Source: Nocardioides sp. (GTDB lineage Bacteria; Actinomycetota; Actinomycetes; Propionibacteriales; Nocardioidaceae). From it: a stretch of 41,169 nucleotides of DNA. The notes beneath the pieces were generated by a model. The model ran no database searches and was not told the DNA's origin. It saw only the letters and a list, made by a program, of their open reading frames with translations. The stretch is taken from the NCBI GenBank assembly GCA_025966445.1, contig JAICRP010000001.1:1-41169 (forward strand). Direction: 5' to 3'. The translations under genes and the position numbers were made by a program. Shown one piece after another: positions 9,165 through 18,380 of this stretch. How positions within the stretch are numbered: the first letter of the stretch is position 1; every line of letters begins with the position of its first letter.

Positions 9165-9335
9165 GGAAGGGGGTCACGAACGCCGTGAGGGGTGCGGCAG
9201 GTTGCCTCACGGCGCCGACTACCCGCCCCGAGGAGGGCCCGGCCACCGGCCGCTCGCAGGGGCGAACCTGCGAGCGATCGGAGCCGTACGGCCGGGCCTT
9301 CCATCTGCGGACGCTCTCTTCTCCAGCCGAGCCGC

Positions 9336-12300
9336 CTATGACTGGTCCGCGCCCGCCGAGGCGAGTCGCAGCCAGGTGAGCCTGGAGTCGTCCACGAGGC
9401 CGCTGACGGTCACCGTCGGCGTCGCGATGGCGATCTTCACGGTGACCTTCTCGATCGCTGAGACCGTGCCGGTGGCGTCGGTCGCCCTGGCCTGGACCTG
9501 CCAGGACCCGTTGGTGGCCACCGTGAACGGCCCGGTGTACAACGTCCAGGCACCGCTGCCGACCTTGTACTCGAGCGTCAGCGTGCCCTGGCCACCGGAG
9601 CCGGTGAGGGTGAAGGTGACCGGTGAGGTGTACGTGCCGCCCTTCCCGTTCGGCGCCGTGGGTTCCAAGGTGATGCTCACGGTGGGTTTCGACGCCGTCC
9701 CGGGCCCGGACTTCTTGTCGACGACGATGGTCAGCTCGCCCGTGCCCGTGCTGCCCGCGTTGTCGATGGCGCGGTAGCGCAGGACGTAGGTGCCGGCATT
9801 GCTGAAGGTCACGGGTGTCGTGTACGTCGTCCAGGTCGTCGCGTCACCGATCCTGTACTCGATCCTGTCCACGCCGGAGGTGGCGTCGGTGGCGGTCAGG
9901 GTGACCGTCTTGGTGCTCGATCCCGACACGGCAGCCGAGATGTTCGGGTTGACCGTGTCGATCTTGACCGTCAGCGACTTGATGGCCTCCTGGTTGCCCT
10001 TGTCGTCCGTCGAGCGGTACTCGACCAGGACCGAGCCTTCACCGGGCACGGAGACAGCCGCGGTGTAGGGCGTCCAGTCGCCCCCGGCGATGCGGTACTC
10101 GGTCGAGGCGACCCCCGACCCGTCCTCTCCGTCGGTGGCAGCCAGCGTGAACGACGGACGCGTGCCGTACCAGCCGGCCGCGTTGGCCGCCGGGATGGAG
10201 AGCGTCGTCGTCGGCGCCGTCGTGTCGGGCGTCGGGACGAAGACCGAGAGCTGGTCGCTCGCCACGTTGCCGGCCACGTCGAAGGCACGGAAGGCCACGT
10301 CGTAGGTGCCGGGATCGCTGAACGTCACCGGTGTCGTGTACGTCGTCCACGTCGCCGCGTCACCGATCTTGTACTCGATCCGGTCCACGCCGGAGGTGGC
10401 GTCGCTGGCGGTCAGGGTGACCGTCTTCGTCTCCTCACCGGTCGTGCTGCCCGACACCGTGGGGATGACCGTGTCGATCTTGACCGACAGCGACTTGATG
10501 GCCTCCACGTTGCCCGCCGTGTCCGTCGAGCGGTACTCGACCAGACGCGTGCCCTCACCGGTCACCGAGACCGCTGCGGTGTACGGCGTCCAGGCTCCCC
10601 CGGCGATGCGGTACTCGGTCGAGGCCACGCCCGACCCGCCCGTCCCGTCGGAGGCAGCCAGCGTGAACGACGGACGCGTGGTGTACCAGCCGGCGGCGTT
10701 GGCGGCCGGGATGGAGAGCGTCGTCGTCGGCGCCGTCGTGTCCGACGGGGCCGGCGGCTTGCACGTGTCGTCCTTGCCCAGCGTGAAGTAGTCGAACCTC
10801 GCGATCAGGTTGTCTGCTCCCCCGGCAGCCGTGGCACCCAGGGCCAGCAGGCCGACCTTGGGCGACGTGATGCTGGTCAGGTCGCGTGGTGCGGCCGTGC
10901 CGCCCGACGTGGTGATCGACAGCCAAGTGGTCCCGTCGGTGCTGTAGGACGGGGTGACGACGTTGCCGTCGGTGCTCGACAGCCGCAGCCACACGGTGTC
11001 GGGGAACGTCGAGCCCAGGGCCGTGGAGTTGGTCTCCGAAGCCGTGGCGTTGACCTCCTTGAAGAACTGGATGATGTTGTTCGCCTTGTTCCCCGCGGTT
11101 GCCGTGGAGCGACCCGAGTAGACGAGCTTCAGGTAGTTGTCGTCGTCCCCGTAGATGATCAGTCCGGCTTGCTGGTAGCCCCTGATGGCGTTCAGCGTGA
11201 CCTTGGTCGTGACCACGAACGCCCCGCCGGGCAGGTCCTGCAGGACGATGTTCGGCGTCGTGTTCGTCGTCTGGTAGAGGTCGGAGTTGGTCAGCGGGAT
11301 GTTGAGCGTCCCGCCGGCCACCGTGAGCGAGTCGTTGAGCCGGACGCTCCTGTTCCACCGCGCCAGGTCCAGGGCGTTGCCGTCGAACTGGTCGACCTGG
11401 CACGGGGTGGCGCACGGGGTGGCCGTGCTGTCGGGCGTGATCAGGAAGTAGTCGAACTTCGCGACCAGGTTGTCCGCACCACCGGCAGCCGTGGCACCCA
11501 GGGCCAGCAGGCCGACCTTGGGAGAAGTGATGCCGGTCAGGTCACGCGGGGCTGCGGTCGCACCGCCGGTCGACGTGGTGATCGGGAGCCAGGTGGCCCC
11601 GTCGCTGCTGTACGACGGCGTGACGCTGTTGCCGTCGGTGCTCGACATCCGCAACCACACGGTGTCGGGGAAGGCGGCGCCCAGGGCGGTTGAGTTGGAC
11701 TCCGACGCAGTGCCGTTGAGCTCCTTGGCGAACTGGATGACATTCGCCGCCTTGCTCCCCGCGGTGGCCGTGGAGCGACCCGAATAGACGAGCTTCAGGT
11801 AGTTGTTGTCGTCGCCGTAGATGACCAGCCCCGCCTGCTGATAGCCGCGGACGGCGTTCAGCGTGACCTTCGTGGTGACCTCGAACGCGCCGGCCGGCAG
11901 GTCCTGGAGCACGATGTTCGGCGTGGTGTTGGTCCCCTGGTAGATGTCGGAGTTGGTCAGCGGGATGTTCAGGTTCCCGTCGGAGACGGTGGCCGTCTGG
12001 TCGAGCCGGACGCTCCTGTTCCAGCGCGTCGTGTCGAGCGAGGTGCCCAGGAAGTCGTCGGAACGTCCACTGAAGCAGATGTTCTCGGCCGCCGTGACGG
12101 TGATCTCCAGCGACTTCGTGGTCTTCGCCCCACGGGCGTCGGTGACCGTCAGGGAGACGGTGTACTTGCCCGGGGTGGCGTAGGTCTTGCTCGGGTTGGC
12201 CACAGTGGAGGTCGTGGTGTCGCCGAAGCTCCACGCGTAGGTGACCGGGGTGTCTCCGTCGGCGTCCGTGACGGTGCTCGTGAAGCTCACGGGCAAGGGC

Positions 12301-15300
12301 GCAGGTCCGGTCAGCTTGCTGGCACTGATGGTGACCGTCGGCGGCGAGTTGTCGGTCACACCGCGACCGGCGAACTCGAGCCAGTTGACGTTGGCCCCTC
12401 CGGTGGTGGCGACGAAGTACAGCGGGCCGCTGTCCAACGAGGCTCCGGTGAACGTGGTCGAGACGCTCTGGAAGGTCTGGGCGCCGCCGGTGTTGGGCAC
12501 CACGAGCGCCCCGATCGTGGGGCCGGTGGCCGAGCCCTGGCGGACCTCGAAGGTGGCGCCCGCCGTGGTGGAGGCAGCACGCATGGTGAGGCCGGTGATG
12601 TTCGTCAGGTTCATGACGTCCCAGCGGAACCAGTCACCGGTCTCGACGCCGGTCACGTTGGACCCACCGTTGGTGTCGGTGGTGGTCTGCGTGGCGACTC
12701 CGGGCGTACCAGCGGTGTTGGAGCCCGTGCGACCGGTCTGGTCGAAGTACTCGGCCTCCTTGTGCTTGGTGTGCAGCACCGCCCCGTCGACGCCGGTCAG
12801 CTGGCCGGCGGCCCCTGCACCGGAGTCCTTGTAGGTCGCAGTGACGGTCCCGAAGACGTTCGCGACGGAGTGGCCGGCGTCACCGGGCAGCACGAAGCTG
12901 CCGCTGCAACCGGTGTACTGCTCGTAGCCGTGCGAGTGCTGGTCGTGACCGAGACCCGGCTGCACGATGACCTTGCTGCAGTCGATCGTCCCGTCCTCGG
13001 CGTCGGTGACCGAGACCTGGTACTTGATGGTGTCGCCGAACTCGAAGAAGCCACCGTCGAGCGGAAGCTCCAGGTTGACCACCGGGGCGGTGTTGCCCGC
13101 CACGATGTCGATGTTCGTCGAGCCGGTCTTGCCGTTGAGAGCCGTCACCGTCAGCTTTGCGGTGTAGTTGCCCGCCGCCGCGTAGGTGAACGACGCCGTC
13201 GGCGTGGTCGCGTCGGTCGAGCCGTCGCTGGTGAAGTCCCAGGCGTAGGTGAGGCCGGCGTTGGTGCCGGTGTCGCCGTCGAAGGACGAGCTGCCGTCGA
13301 AGCTGACGGTCAGCGGCGCGGGACCTGACGTCTTGTCGGCCGCCGCACGTGCGGTCGGGGAGCGCTCCCCCTCGACGTAGTCGATGCGGTAGACGCCGGA
13401 GTTCGCGTTGTCACCGTTGAACCCGCTGCCCCACTCGATCATGTACAGCGCGCCGTCCGGGCCGAACTGCAGCGCGTGCGGGCGGGACATGGCCAGGTTC
13501 GGCAGGAACCGGTTGATGTCGGTGTAGTTGGTGCCGTTGTCGTTCATCTGCACGGTGAACAGCCGGCTGTTGTTCCAGTCGGCCCAGATCGCCTTGCCGT
13601 CGAAGTACGCCGGCCACTTGCGGTCCGACGCCAGGTCCGGGTCGAAGTCGTAGGTGCCGGAGGTCATCGGCGCGCCGCTGGCCCCGATCTCGGGGGTCCC
13701 CGTGATGGAGGCGTTGTTGCTCTGCCAGATGACCGCAGCCTTGGCAGGCGGCAGGTTCGTCAGGCCCGTGTTGTTGGGCGAGTCGTTGACCGGTGCCGCA
13801 CAGTTGAACGTCGCACCTGAGGTGCTGCTCGCGAAGTTGTAGTCGTTGTAGGGAGTGTTGGCGCCCACGCAGTAGGGCCACCCGTAGAACCCGGGCTGGT
13901 CGAGGATGTTCCACTCGACCCGGCCGTTGGGACCGCGCGTGGCACTCACCGAGGTGGCGTCCGGCCCGTAGTCGGCGACCAGAAGCTTGTTGTTCTGCTC
14001 GTCGAGGCCGATGCGGAACGGGTTGCGGAAGCCCATCGCGTAGATCTCGGGGCGGGTCTTGTTGTTGGCATCAGCGGCCTCGTCGAACAGGTTCCCTGCC
14101 GGGATCGTGTAGCCACCGGCCAGGGCGGGCTTGATCTTGAGGACCTTGCCGTTGAGGTCGTTGGTGTTGGCCGAGGTGCGCTGGGCATCCCAGGCGCTGC
14201 GGCCGTCGCGCTCGTCGATGGGTGCGTAGCCGTCGGAGTTGAACGGGTTGGTGTTGTCACCGGTCGCGAGGTAGAGGTTGCCGTCGTGGTCGAACTCCAT
14301 CGAGCCGCCCGCGTGGCAGCACTCGTTGCGCTGGACGGGGATGTCCAGGATCGTGACCGCCGAGGCCATGTCCATGGTGTTGCCGTTCATCGTGAACCGG
14401 GAGACCCGGTCGATCGAGGCCGTGCCCTGGGGTGCGTAGTAGAGGAACACGTGCCCGTTGGTGGCGAAGTCCGGGTCGAGCGCGATGCCGAGCAGGCCGA
14501 ACTCCTGACCCGTGTAGACGGGCACCGTGCCGGCCGTGACGACGCTGCCGGTGGGGAGGATGATCTTCACCGCGCCGGCGCGGTCGATGTAGAAGACCCG
14601 ACCGTCATCGGCGATGTCGAGCTCCATCGGGTTCGTCGTGTTCTCGTCGAGGGCGACCTTCGCGAAGCTGGGCTGCAGCGTCGCCTTGCAGTCCGACGGG
14701 ACGACACCGGCAGCGGTCTCGATACCCCCGAGGATGTGCTGGAGGAAGTTCGGGTCGGTGAAGTTGGCCTCCGTGTGACCCATGCCGGTGTACCAGCTGC
14801 GACCACCGTCGTAGTCCTGGCACCAGGCGATCGGGTGCTCCACCCCGTTGGCGCCCGTGCCAGGGGTGTAGGTGGTCTCGTCCATCGAGGCCAGCACGTG
14901 GATCTGGTTGCGCGCGGTGAGGGTGTTGGGAGTGCGGAAGTTGTACCACTCGTCCACGCGCTGCCAGCGCTTGGGAAGCCCCGCGGTGGAGGGGTGCGCG
15001 GGGTCCTCGACCTTGACGGTGGCGGTCGGGGTGCCTGCGGGGTGGTTGTTGAAGTAGGCGCCGACGAGGCCGCCGTACCACGGCCAGTCGTACTCGGTGT
15101 CGGACGCGGCGTGGATGCCGGCGTAGCCGCCACCACCCTCGATGTAGCGCTCGAACGCCGCCTGCTCGGTCGCGGTCAACACGTCACCGGTGGTGGAGAG
15201 GAAGATGACGACCTCGTACTGCTCGAGGTTGGCGTCGTTGAAGACGGAGCTGTCCTCCGACGTGGTCACCGTGAAGTTGTTGGAGGCCGCGAGCTGCTGG

Positions 15301-15638
15301 ATCGCGGTGATCCCCTCGTCGAGGTTGGAGTGCCGGAAGGCCTGGGTCTCGGAGAAGAGCAGCGCGTCGAACGACCCGGCTGCAGCCGCCTCGACCTCCG
15401 CGGAGGCGATGCTCGCAGGGGGCCACGGCTTGGCCTTGCCGAGCTCGGTCACCTCGCCACCAGGAGAGGACTCCTGGGAGGTGCCGGCCGGGGCCTTGTC
15501 CCCGTCTCCTGCTCCCGCACTCGCCGATGCGCCGAGGCCGAGAGCCACGCTCAGCGGTAGCGCCACGAGCATGGCAATGGTCGAGCCCACGACGGCGCGT
15601 GAGCGCCTCTTCGGCTGCGTGATGATGCGGTTCATCAC
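9336..15638 (-). CDS. Giant secreted multidomain protein: ThuA-like, glucose/sorbosone dehydrogenase (GSDH) propeller, PKD, CBM6-like, PKD, two ConA/DUF1349-like domains, Ig-like repeats
   Basis: Signal peptide; ThuA motifs (FRH, GIHAASDTEY, DEWYNF, YTGMGH); GSDH motifs (CCHAGG, LYLATGDN, GFRNPFR, YGWPYC, GPDGALY); PKD WDF/WSFGD; EAEYF CBM; DTTAPTT repeats. Confidence 0.88.
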   Translation of the reverse strand: MMNRIITQPKRRSRAVVGSTIAMLVALPLSVALGLGASASAGAGDGDKAPAGTSQESSPGGEVTELGKAKPWPPASIASAEVEAAAAGSFDALLFSETQAFRHSNLDEGITAIQQLAASNNFTVTTSEDSSVFNDANLEQYEVVIFLSTTGDVLTATEQAAFERYIEGGGGYAGIHAASDTEYDWPWYGGLVGAYFNNHPAGTPTATVKVEDPAHPSTAGLPKRWQRVDEWYNFRTPNTLTARNQIHVLASMDETTYTPGTGANGVEHPIAWCQDYDGGRSWYTGMGHTEANFTDPNFLQHILGGIETAAGVVPSDCKATLQPSFAKVALDENTTNPMELDIADDGRVFYIDRAGAVKIILPTGSVVTAGTVPVYTGQEFGLLGIALDPDFATNGHVFLYYAPQGTASIDRVSRFTMNGNTMDMASAVTILDIPVQRNECCHAGGSMEFDHDGNLYLATGDNTNPFNSDGYAPIDERDGRSAWDAQRTSANTNDLNGKVLKIKPALAGGYTIPAGNLFDEAADANNKTRPEIYAMGFRNPFRIGLDEQNNKLLVADYGPDATSVSATRGPNGRVEWNILDQPGFYGWPYCVGANTPYNDYNFASSTSGATFNCAAPVNDSPNNTGLTNLPPAKAAVIWQSNNASITGTPEIGASGAPMTSGTYDFDPDLASDRKWPAYFDGKAIWADWNNSRLFTVQMNDNGTNYTDINRFLPNLAMSRPHALQFGPDGALYMIEWGSGFNGDNANSGVYRIDYVEGERSPTARAAADKTSGPAPLTVSFDGSSSFDGDTGTNAGLTYAWDFTSDGSTDATTPTASFTYAAAGNYTAKLTVTALNGKTGSTNIDIVAGNTAPVVNLELPLDGGFFEFGDTIKYQVSVTDAEDGTIDCSKVIVQPGLGHDQHSHGYEQYTGCSGSFVLPGDAGHSVANVFGTVTATYKDSGAGAAGQLTGVDGAVLHTKHKEAEYFDQTGRTGSNTAGTPGVATQTTTDTNGGSNVTGVETGDWFRWDVMNLTNITGLTMRAASTTAGATFEVRQGSATGPTIGALVVPNTGGAQTFQSVSTTFTGASLDSGPLYFVATTGGANVNWLEFAGRGVTDNSPPTVTISASKLTGPAPLPVSFTSTVTDADGDTPVTYAWSFGDTTTSTVANPSKTYATPGKYTVSLTVTDARGAKTTKSLEITVTAAENICFSGRSDDFLGTSLDTTRWNRSVRLDQTATVSDGNLNIPLTNSDIYQGTNTTPNIVLQDLPAGAFEVTTKVTLNAVRGYQQAGLVIYGDDNNYLKLVYSGRSTATAGSKAANVIQFAKELNGTASESNSTALGAAFPDTVWLRMSSTDGNSVTPSYSSDGATWLPITTSTGGATAAPRDLTGITSPKVGLLALGATAAGGADNLVAKFDYFLITPDSTATPCATPCQVDQFDGNALDLARWNRSVRLNDSLTVAGGTLNIPLTNSDLYQTTNTTPNIVLQDLPGGAFVVTTKVTLNAIRGYQQAGLIIYGDDDNYLKLVYSGRSTATAGNKANNIIQFFKEVNATASETNSTALGSTFPDTVWLRLSSTDGNVVTPSYSTDGTTWLSITTSGGTAAPRDLTSITSPKVGLLALGATAAGGADNLIARFDYFTLGKDDTCKPPAPSDTTAPTTTLSIPAANAAGWYTTRPSFTLAASDGTGGSGVASTEYRIAGGAWTPYTAAVSVTGEGTRLVEYRSTDTAGNVEAIKSLSVKIDTVIPTVSGSTTGEETKTVTLTASDATSGVDRIEYKIGDAATWTTYTTPVTFSDPGTYDVAFRAFDVAGNVASDQLSVFVPTPDTTAPTTTLSIPAANAAGWYGTRPSFTLAATDGEDGSGVASTEYRIAGGDWTPYTAAVSVPGEGSVLVEYRSTDDKGNQEAIKSLTVKIDTVNPNISAAVSGSSTKTVTLTATDATSGVDRIEYRIGDATTWTTYTTPVTFSNAGTYVLRYRAIDNAGSTGTGELTIVVDKKSGPGTASKPTVSITLEPTAPNGKGGTYTSPVTFTLTGSGGQGTLTLEYKVGSGAWTLYTGPFTVATNGSWQVQARATDATGTVSAIEKVTVKIAIATPTVTVSGLVDDSRLTWLRLASAGADQS
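9790..10742. repeat. Intragenic tandem duplication, 516-bp period (two-domain Ig-like unit)
   Basis: GCCAGCGTGAACGACGGACGCGTG at 10141 and 10657; protein DTTAPTTTLSIPAANAAGWY twice. Confidence 0.9.
10780..12070. repeat. Intragenic tandem duplication of a ConA/DUF1349-like domain, about 660-bp period
   Basis: GTGGCACCCAGGGCCAGCAGGCCGACCTTG at 10831 and 11491; protein NIPLTNSD..TTPNIVLQDLP..YQQAGL..GGADNL twice. Confidence 0.9.
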
Positions 15639-15722
15639 GATCCCTTCGTTGGTGACGGTTGGTCTGCGATGCGGATGATCAGTGGTGCGGACGGTGGTCG
15701 GTGCTGCCGAGCGGCAGGGCGC

Positions 15723-16967
15723 TCAGACGGGTGCACTGGCGCTGCGGCGTGGGACCCGGGTGGGATCCGCGAAGACGGATTCGAGGGCTGCGGTGGCGCC
15801 GCCGCGAACGGCGGCACTGAACCCCAGGACCGACAGCTCGACCTGGGTGCCGCCCGCGTCCGGCGCGAGCACGCCGGCGCGCAGGGCCTGCTCGATCGCA
15901 GTCCGCATGTGGTGGCCGACGGCGGCGTAGTAGCCGGTCAGGACGATGGTCGCCGGGTTGAGGGCATTGACCAGGATCGCGGCGCCGGTCCCGACCCACG
16001 TTGCGACGTCCTCCAGTGCCTGCAGGGTGCGGGCGTCGCCGAGGCCCGCGCGGCGGTTGATCTCGGCCAGGCGGTCGTCGAGGGCCATCGTCGGATTGCG
16101 GATCGGGTCGTCCGGATCGGCGGCCAGCTCGAGCAGGGCACGAAGGCCGCTCACCGTCTCCCAGCACCCTTGTCGCCCGCATGCACACTGACGCCCGCCG
16201 GGCTCGACGATCATGTGCCCGAACTCCCCGGCGAAGCCGTGGCTCCCCCGCAGCAGCCTTCCGCCGCTCACGATGCCGCCACCGACGCCGATCTCCCCGT
16301 GCAGCACCAGCATGTCCTGACGACCGGCGTCGCCCGGGATCACCTCGGCTGCCGCAGCCAGGTTCCCCTCGTTGTCGACCACGATCGGGAACGACCCGCC
16401 CAGCTCCTGGCGCAGGATCGCCCCGACAGGCACGTCGTACCACCCGAGGTTCGGTCCGTGGGTCAGCACGTCGCGGGTCCGGTCGTACAGACCCGCCACG
16501 CCGACCGTGAGTCCGACGGTCTGGACGCCCTCCTCGTCGAGCCGATCCACGGTCTCGCGGACCAGGTCGGCGAGGTGGCCGAGCACGATGGTGGAGTCCA
16601 TGGAGCGGGCGTCCAGCGCGAGCTTCCGGTCCCCCACTACGCGGCCCCGCAGGTCGAGCGCCATCGTCGACACATGGTTGACGTTGATCTCCGCCCCGAT
16701 GCCACACACGGCGTGGCCGTCCAGCTCGACGGCGGTGCCGGGGCGGCCGACGGCGCTCTGCACCAGCGGCCCGTCAGTCAGGAGGCACCGTTCGATCAGC
16801 TCGGAGACCAGTGTCGACACCGTCGAGCGGGTCATCCTCAGGTCAGCGGCCAGGGAGGCGCGCGAACGCGGGCCGTGGTCCCGCAGGTGGCGCAGGACCA
16901 GGCCGAGGTTCGCCCTCCGGACGTCAGGGTGCGTGACGCCGCGATCGGACAGTGCCTGGTACGGCAT
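15723..16967 (-). CDS. ROK family transcriptional regulator
   Basis: N-terminal HTH (SRASLAADLRMTRSTVSTLV), GRP, VDNEGN, GFAGEFGH, Zn motif CACGRQGCWE. Confidence 0.93.
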   Translation of the reverse strand: MPYQALSDRGVTHPDVRRANLGLVLRHLRDHGPRSRASLAADLRMTRSTVSTLVSELIERCLLTDGPLVQSAVGRPGTAVELDGHAVCGIGAEINVNHVSTMALDLRGRVVGDRKLALDARSMDSTIVLGHLADLVRETVDRLDEEGVQTVGLTVGVAGLYDRTRDVLTHGPNLGWYDVPVGAILRQELGGSFPIVVDNEGNLAAAAEVIPGDAGRQDMLVLHGEIGVGGGIVSGGRLLRGSHGFAGEFGHMIVEPGGRQCACGRQGCWETVSGLRALLELAADPDDPIRNPTMALDDRLAEINRRAGLGDARTLQALEDVATWVGTGAAILVNALNPATIVLTGYYAAVGHHMRTAIEQALRAGVLAPDAGGTQVELSVLGFSAAVRGGATAALESVFADPTRVPRRSASAPV

Positions 16968-17053
16968 CCTCGCTCCTCTCGGACACGACGAAGGGCATGG
17001 GTGATGGACCCGGGGGCGGTGGACACCTTGTGGAAGACCCGAGCCCGGCTTGA

Positions 17054-17068
17054 TCCGATCAGATCGGA
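17054..17068. promoter_or_regulatory. Perfect 15-bp palindromic operator TCCGATC-A-GATCGGA
   Basis: Read directly; about 90 bp upstream of the ROK gene start; matches sites at 5694, 6561 and 18786. Confidence 0.7.
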
Positions 17069-17102
17069 AATGACCCTGATGGGCCTGTGATCGGTGTCAC
17101 TT

Positions 17103-17127
17103 TTAGTTCAGGTGACGGTCAAACTAG
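17103..17127. promoter_or_regulatory. Putative ROK (XylR-type) operator TAGTT-N13-AACTA
   Basis: TTAGTTCAGGTGACGGTCAAACTAG; arms and spacing match the Bacillus xylO as I recall it; lies between two ROK genes. Confidence 0.55.
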
Positions 17128-17241
17128 GCCCAGCGCGGAGGAGCCACAACAGCCAGGTCGAAATTTCCAATTGGAAATTTGGACTTCTGACGCTTCTCAC
17201 GCGTCTTCTGACCGAATTGGTCAAAACTCAGGTCCAGATCC

Positions 17242-18369
17242 TCAAAAATCCTGTTCGATCCAGGAGGTGATGGCCGCTGCGGCACCACCGATGAGGTCCG
17301 CCCGACCGTAGGGGTCGCTCAGGGAGATGTCGAGCCCCTCGGCCAGTGAGGGTGGCGCCAGCCGGTAGACCGTGGCCCGGAGGTCGCCGAGGACGGACGG
17401 TCCGATCGCGGCCACCGGACCGCCGACGACGACGCGACGCGGATTGCCGTGGGCCACCAGGCCCGCCACCACGCGTCCCAGCCTCTGGCCCAGCTCGCGA
17501 CCCACCTGGGCCACGACCGCATCCCCCGTGCGTCCAGCGTCGACGAGGTCGCGGAGGTCGAGCTTCCCCGCTCGCTCCAGCACCTGCGCGAGCCCGGACG
17601 AACGACCCCGACGCGCGAGGCTGGTCGCTTGCGCGACGAGCGCAGACGAGCTGACGAAGGCGTCCAGGCATCCGGTGAGCCCGCACGCGCATGCCGGTCC
17701 GAACTCCTCCACCCTGAGGTGCCCGATCTCACCGGACCGTCCGGTGGATCCGAGGACGAGGCTTCCCCCCGCCACGGTCGCCACGGTGACGCTGCGACCC
17801 AGCCGGACGGCCACCAGGTCGTCGGCGGCGCTCGCGCTACCCTCGCACCTCTCCCCGAGCGCCAGGGCACGCACGGCCGAGACCGTGGCGCGTGGTCGAT
17901 CGGGGTATGCGCTGGCGAGTCGCGCCACGACTGCCTCCGCGGCGGTGGGCTCGATGTCGGCGGCCGCGACGCCGACGGCCGCAGGGGCGGACGTCCCCAA
18001 GAGCCGGTGGGCTGCACGACACACGGTGTCCGCGAGCCACTCCGTCTCCAGGTCGCGGTCGTGCAGATCGATGTTGACTCCCGATGTGACGGTGAGCTGG
18101 CCGTCGAGGAGGGCAACCCGCGCCGAGGTCTCGCTCATGGAGACCACCAAGAACCGACGACCGGACGCGATCCGTACGGTGACCGAGCGCCGGCCTCCGG
18201 AGCTCACCGCGACCGAGCCGTCCTCGACGTGTCCGGCGTCCGTCAGTCCGCGTACCGAGGCGTTCAACGTCGTGCGCGGGATGCCGAGGACATCGGCGAG
18301 CTGGTTCTTGGTCTGCGGTCCTGCGTCCCTCAGGACCTTCAGCACCTCGCCCTCCAGTCCACGCCTCAT
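17242..18369 (-). CDS. Second ROK family protein with HTH and degenerate sugar-binding motifs
   Basis: HTH (KNQLADVLGIPRTTL), SSGGRRS, SGEIGH, CACGLTGCLD; start set at ATG 18369. Confidence 0.85.
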   Translation of the reverse strand: MRRGLEGEVLKVLRDAGPQTKNQLADVLGIPRTTLNASVRGLTDAGHVEDGSVAVSSGGRRSVTVRIASGRRFLVVSMSETSARVALLDGQLTVTSGVNIDLHDRDLETEWLADTVCRAAHRLLGTSAPAAVGVAAADIEPTAAEAVVARLASAYPDRPRATVSAVRALALGERCEGSASAADDLVAVRLGRSVTVATVAGGSLVLGSTGRSGEIGHLRVEEFGPACACGLTGCLDAFVSSSALVAQATSLARRGRSSGLAQVLERAGKLDLRDLVDAGRTGDAVVAQVGRELGQRLGRVVAGLVAHGNPRRVVVGGPVAAIGPSVLGDLRATVYRLAPPSLAEGLDISLSDPYGRADLIGGAAAAITSWIEQDF

Positions 18370-18380
18370 GGGCGGTACTG

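Noticed and set aside
9790-12070. Repeats as a CRISPR array or mobile element
   Set aside because: They are in-frame protein domain duplications; no repeat-spacer pattern or cas genes.
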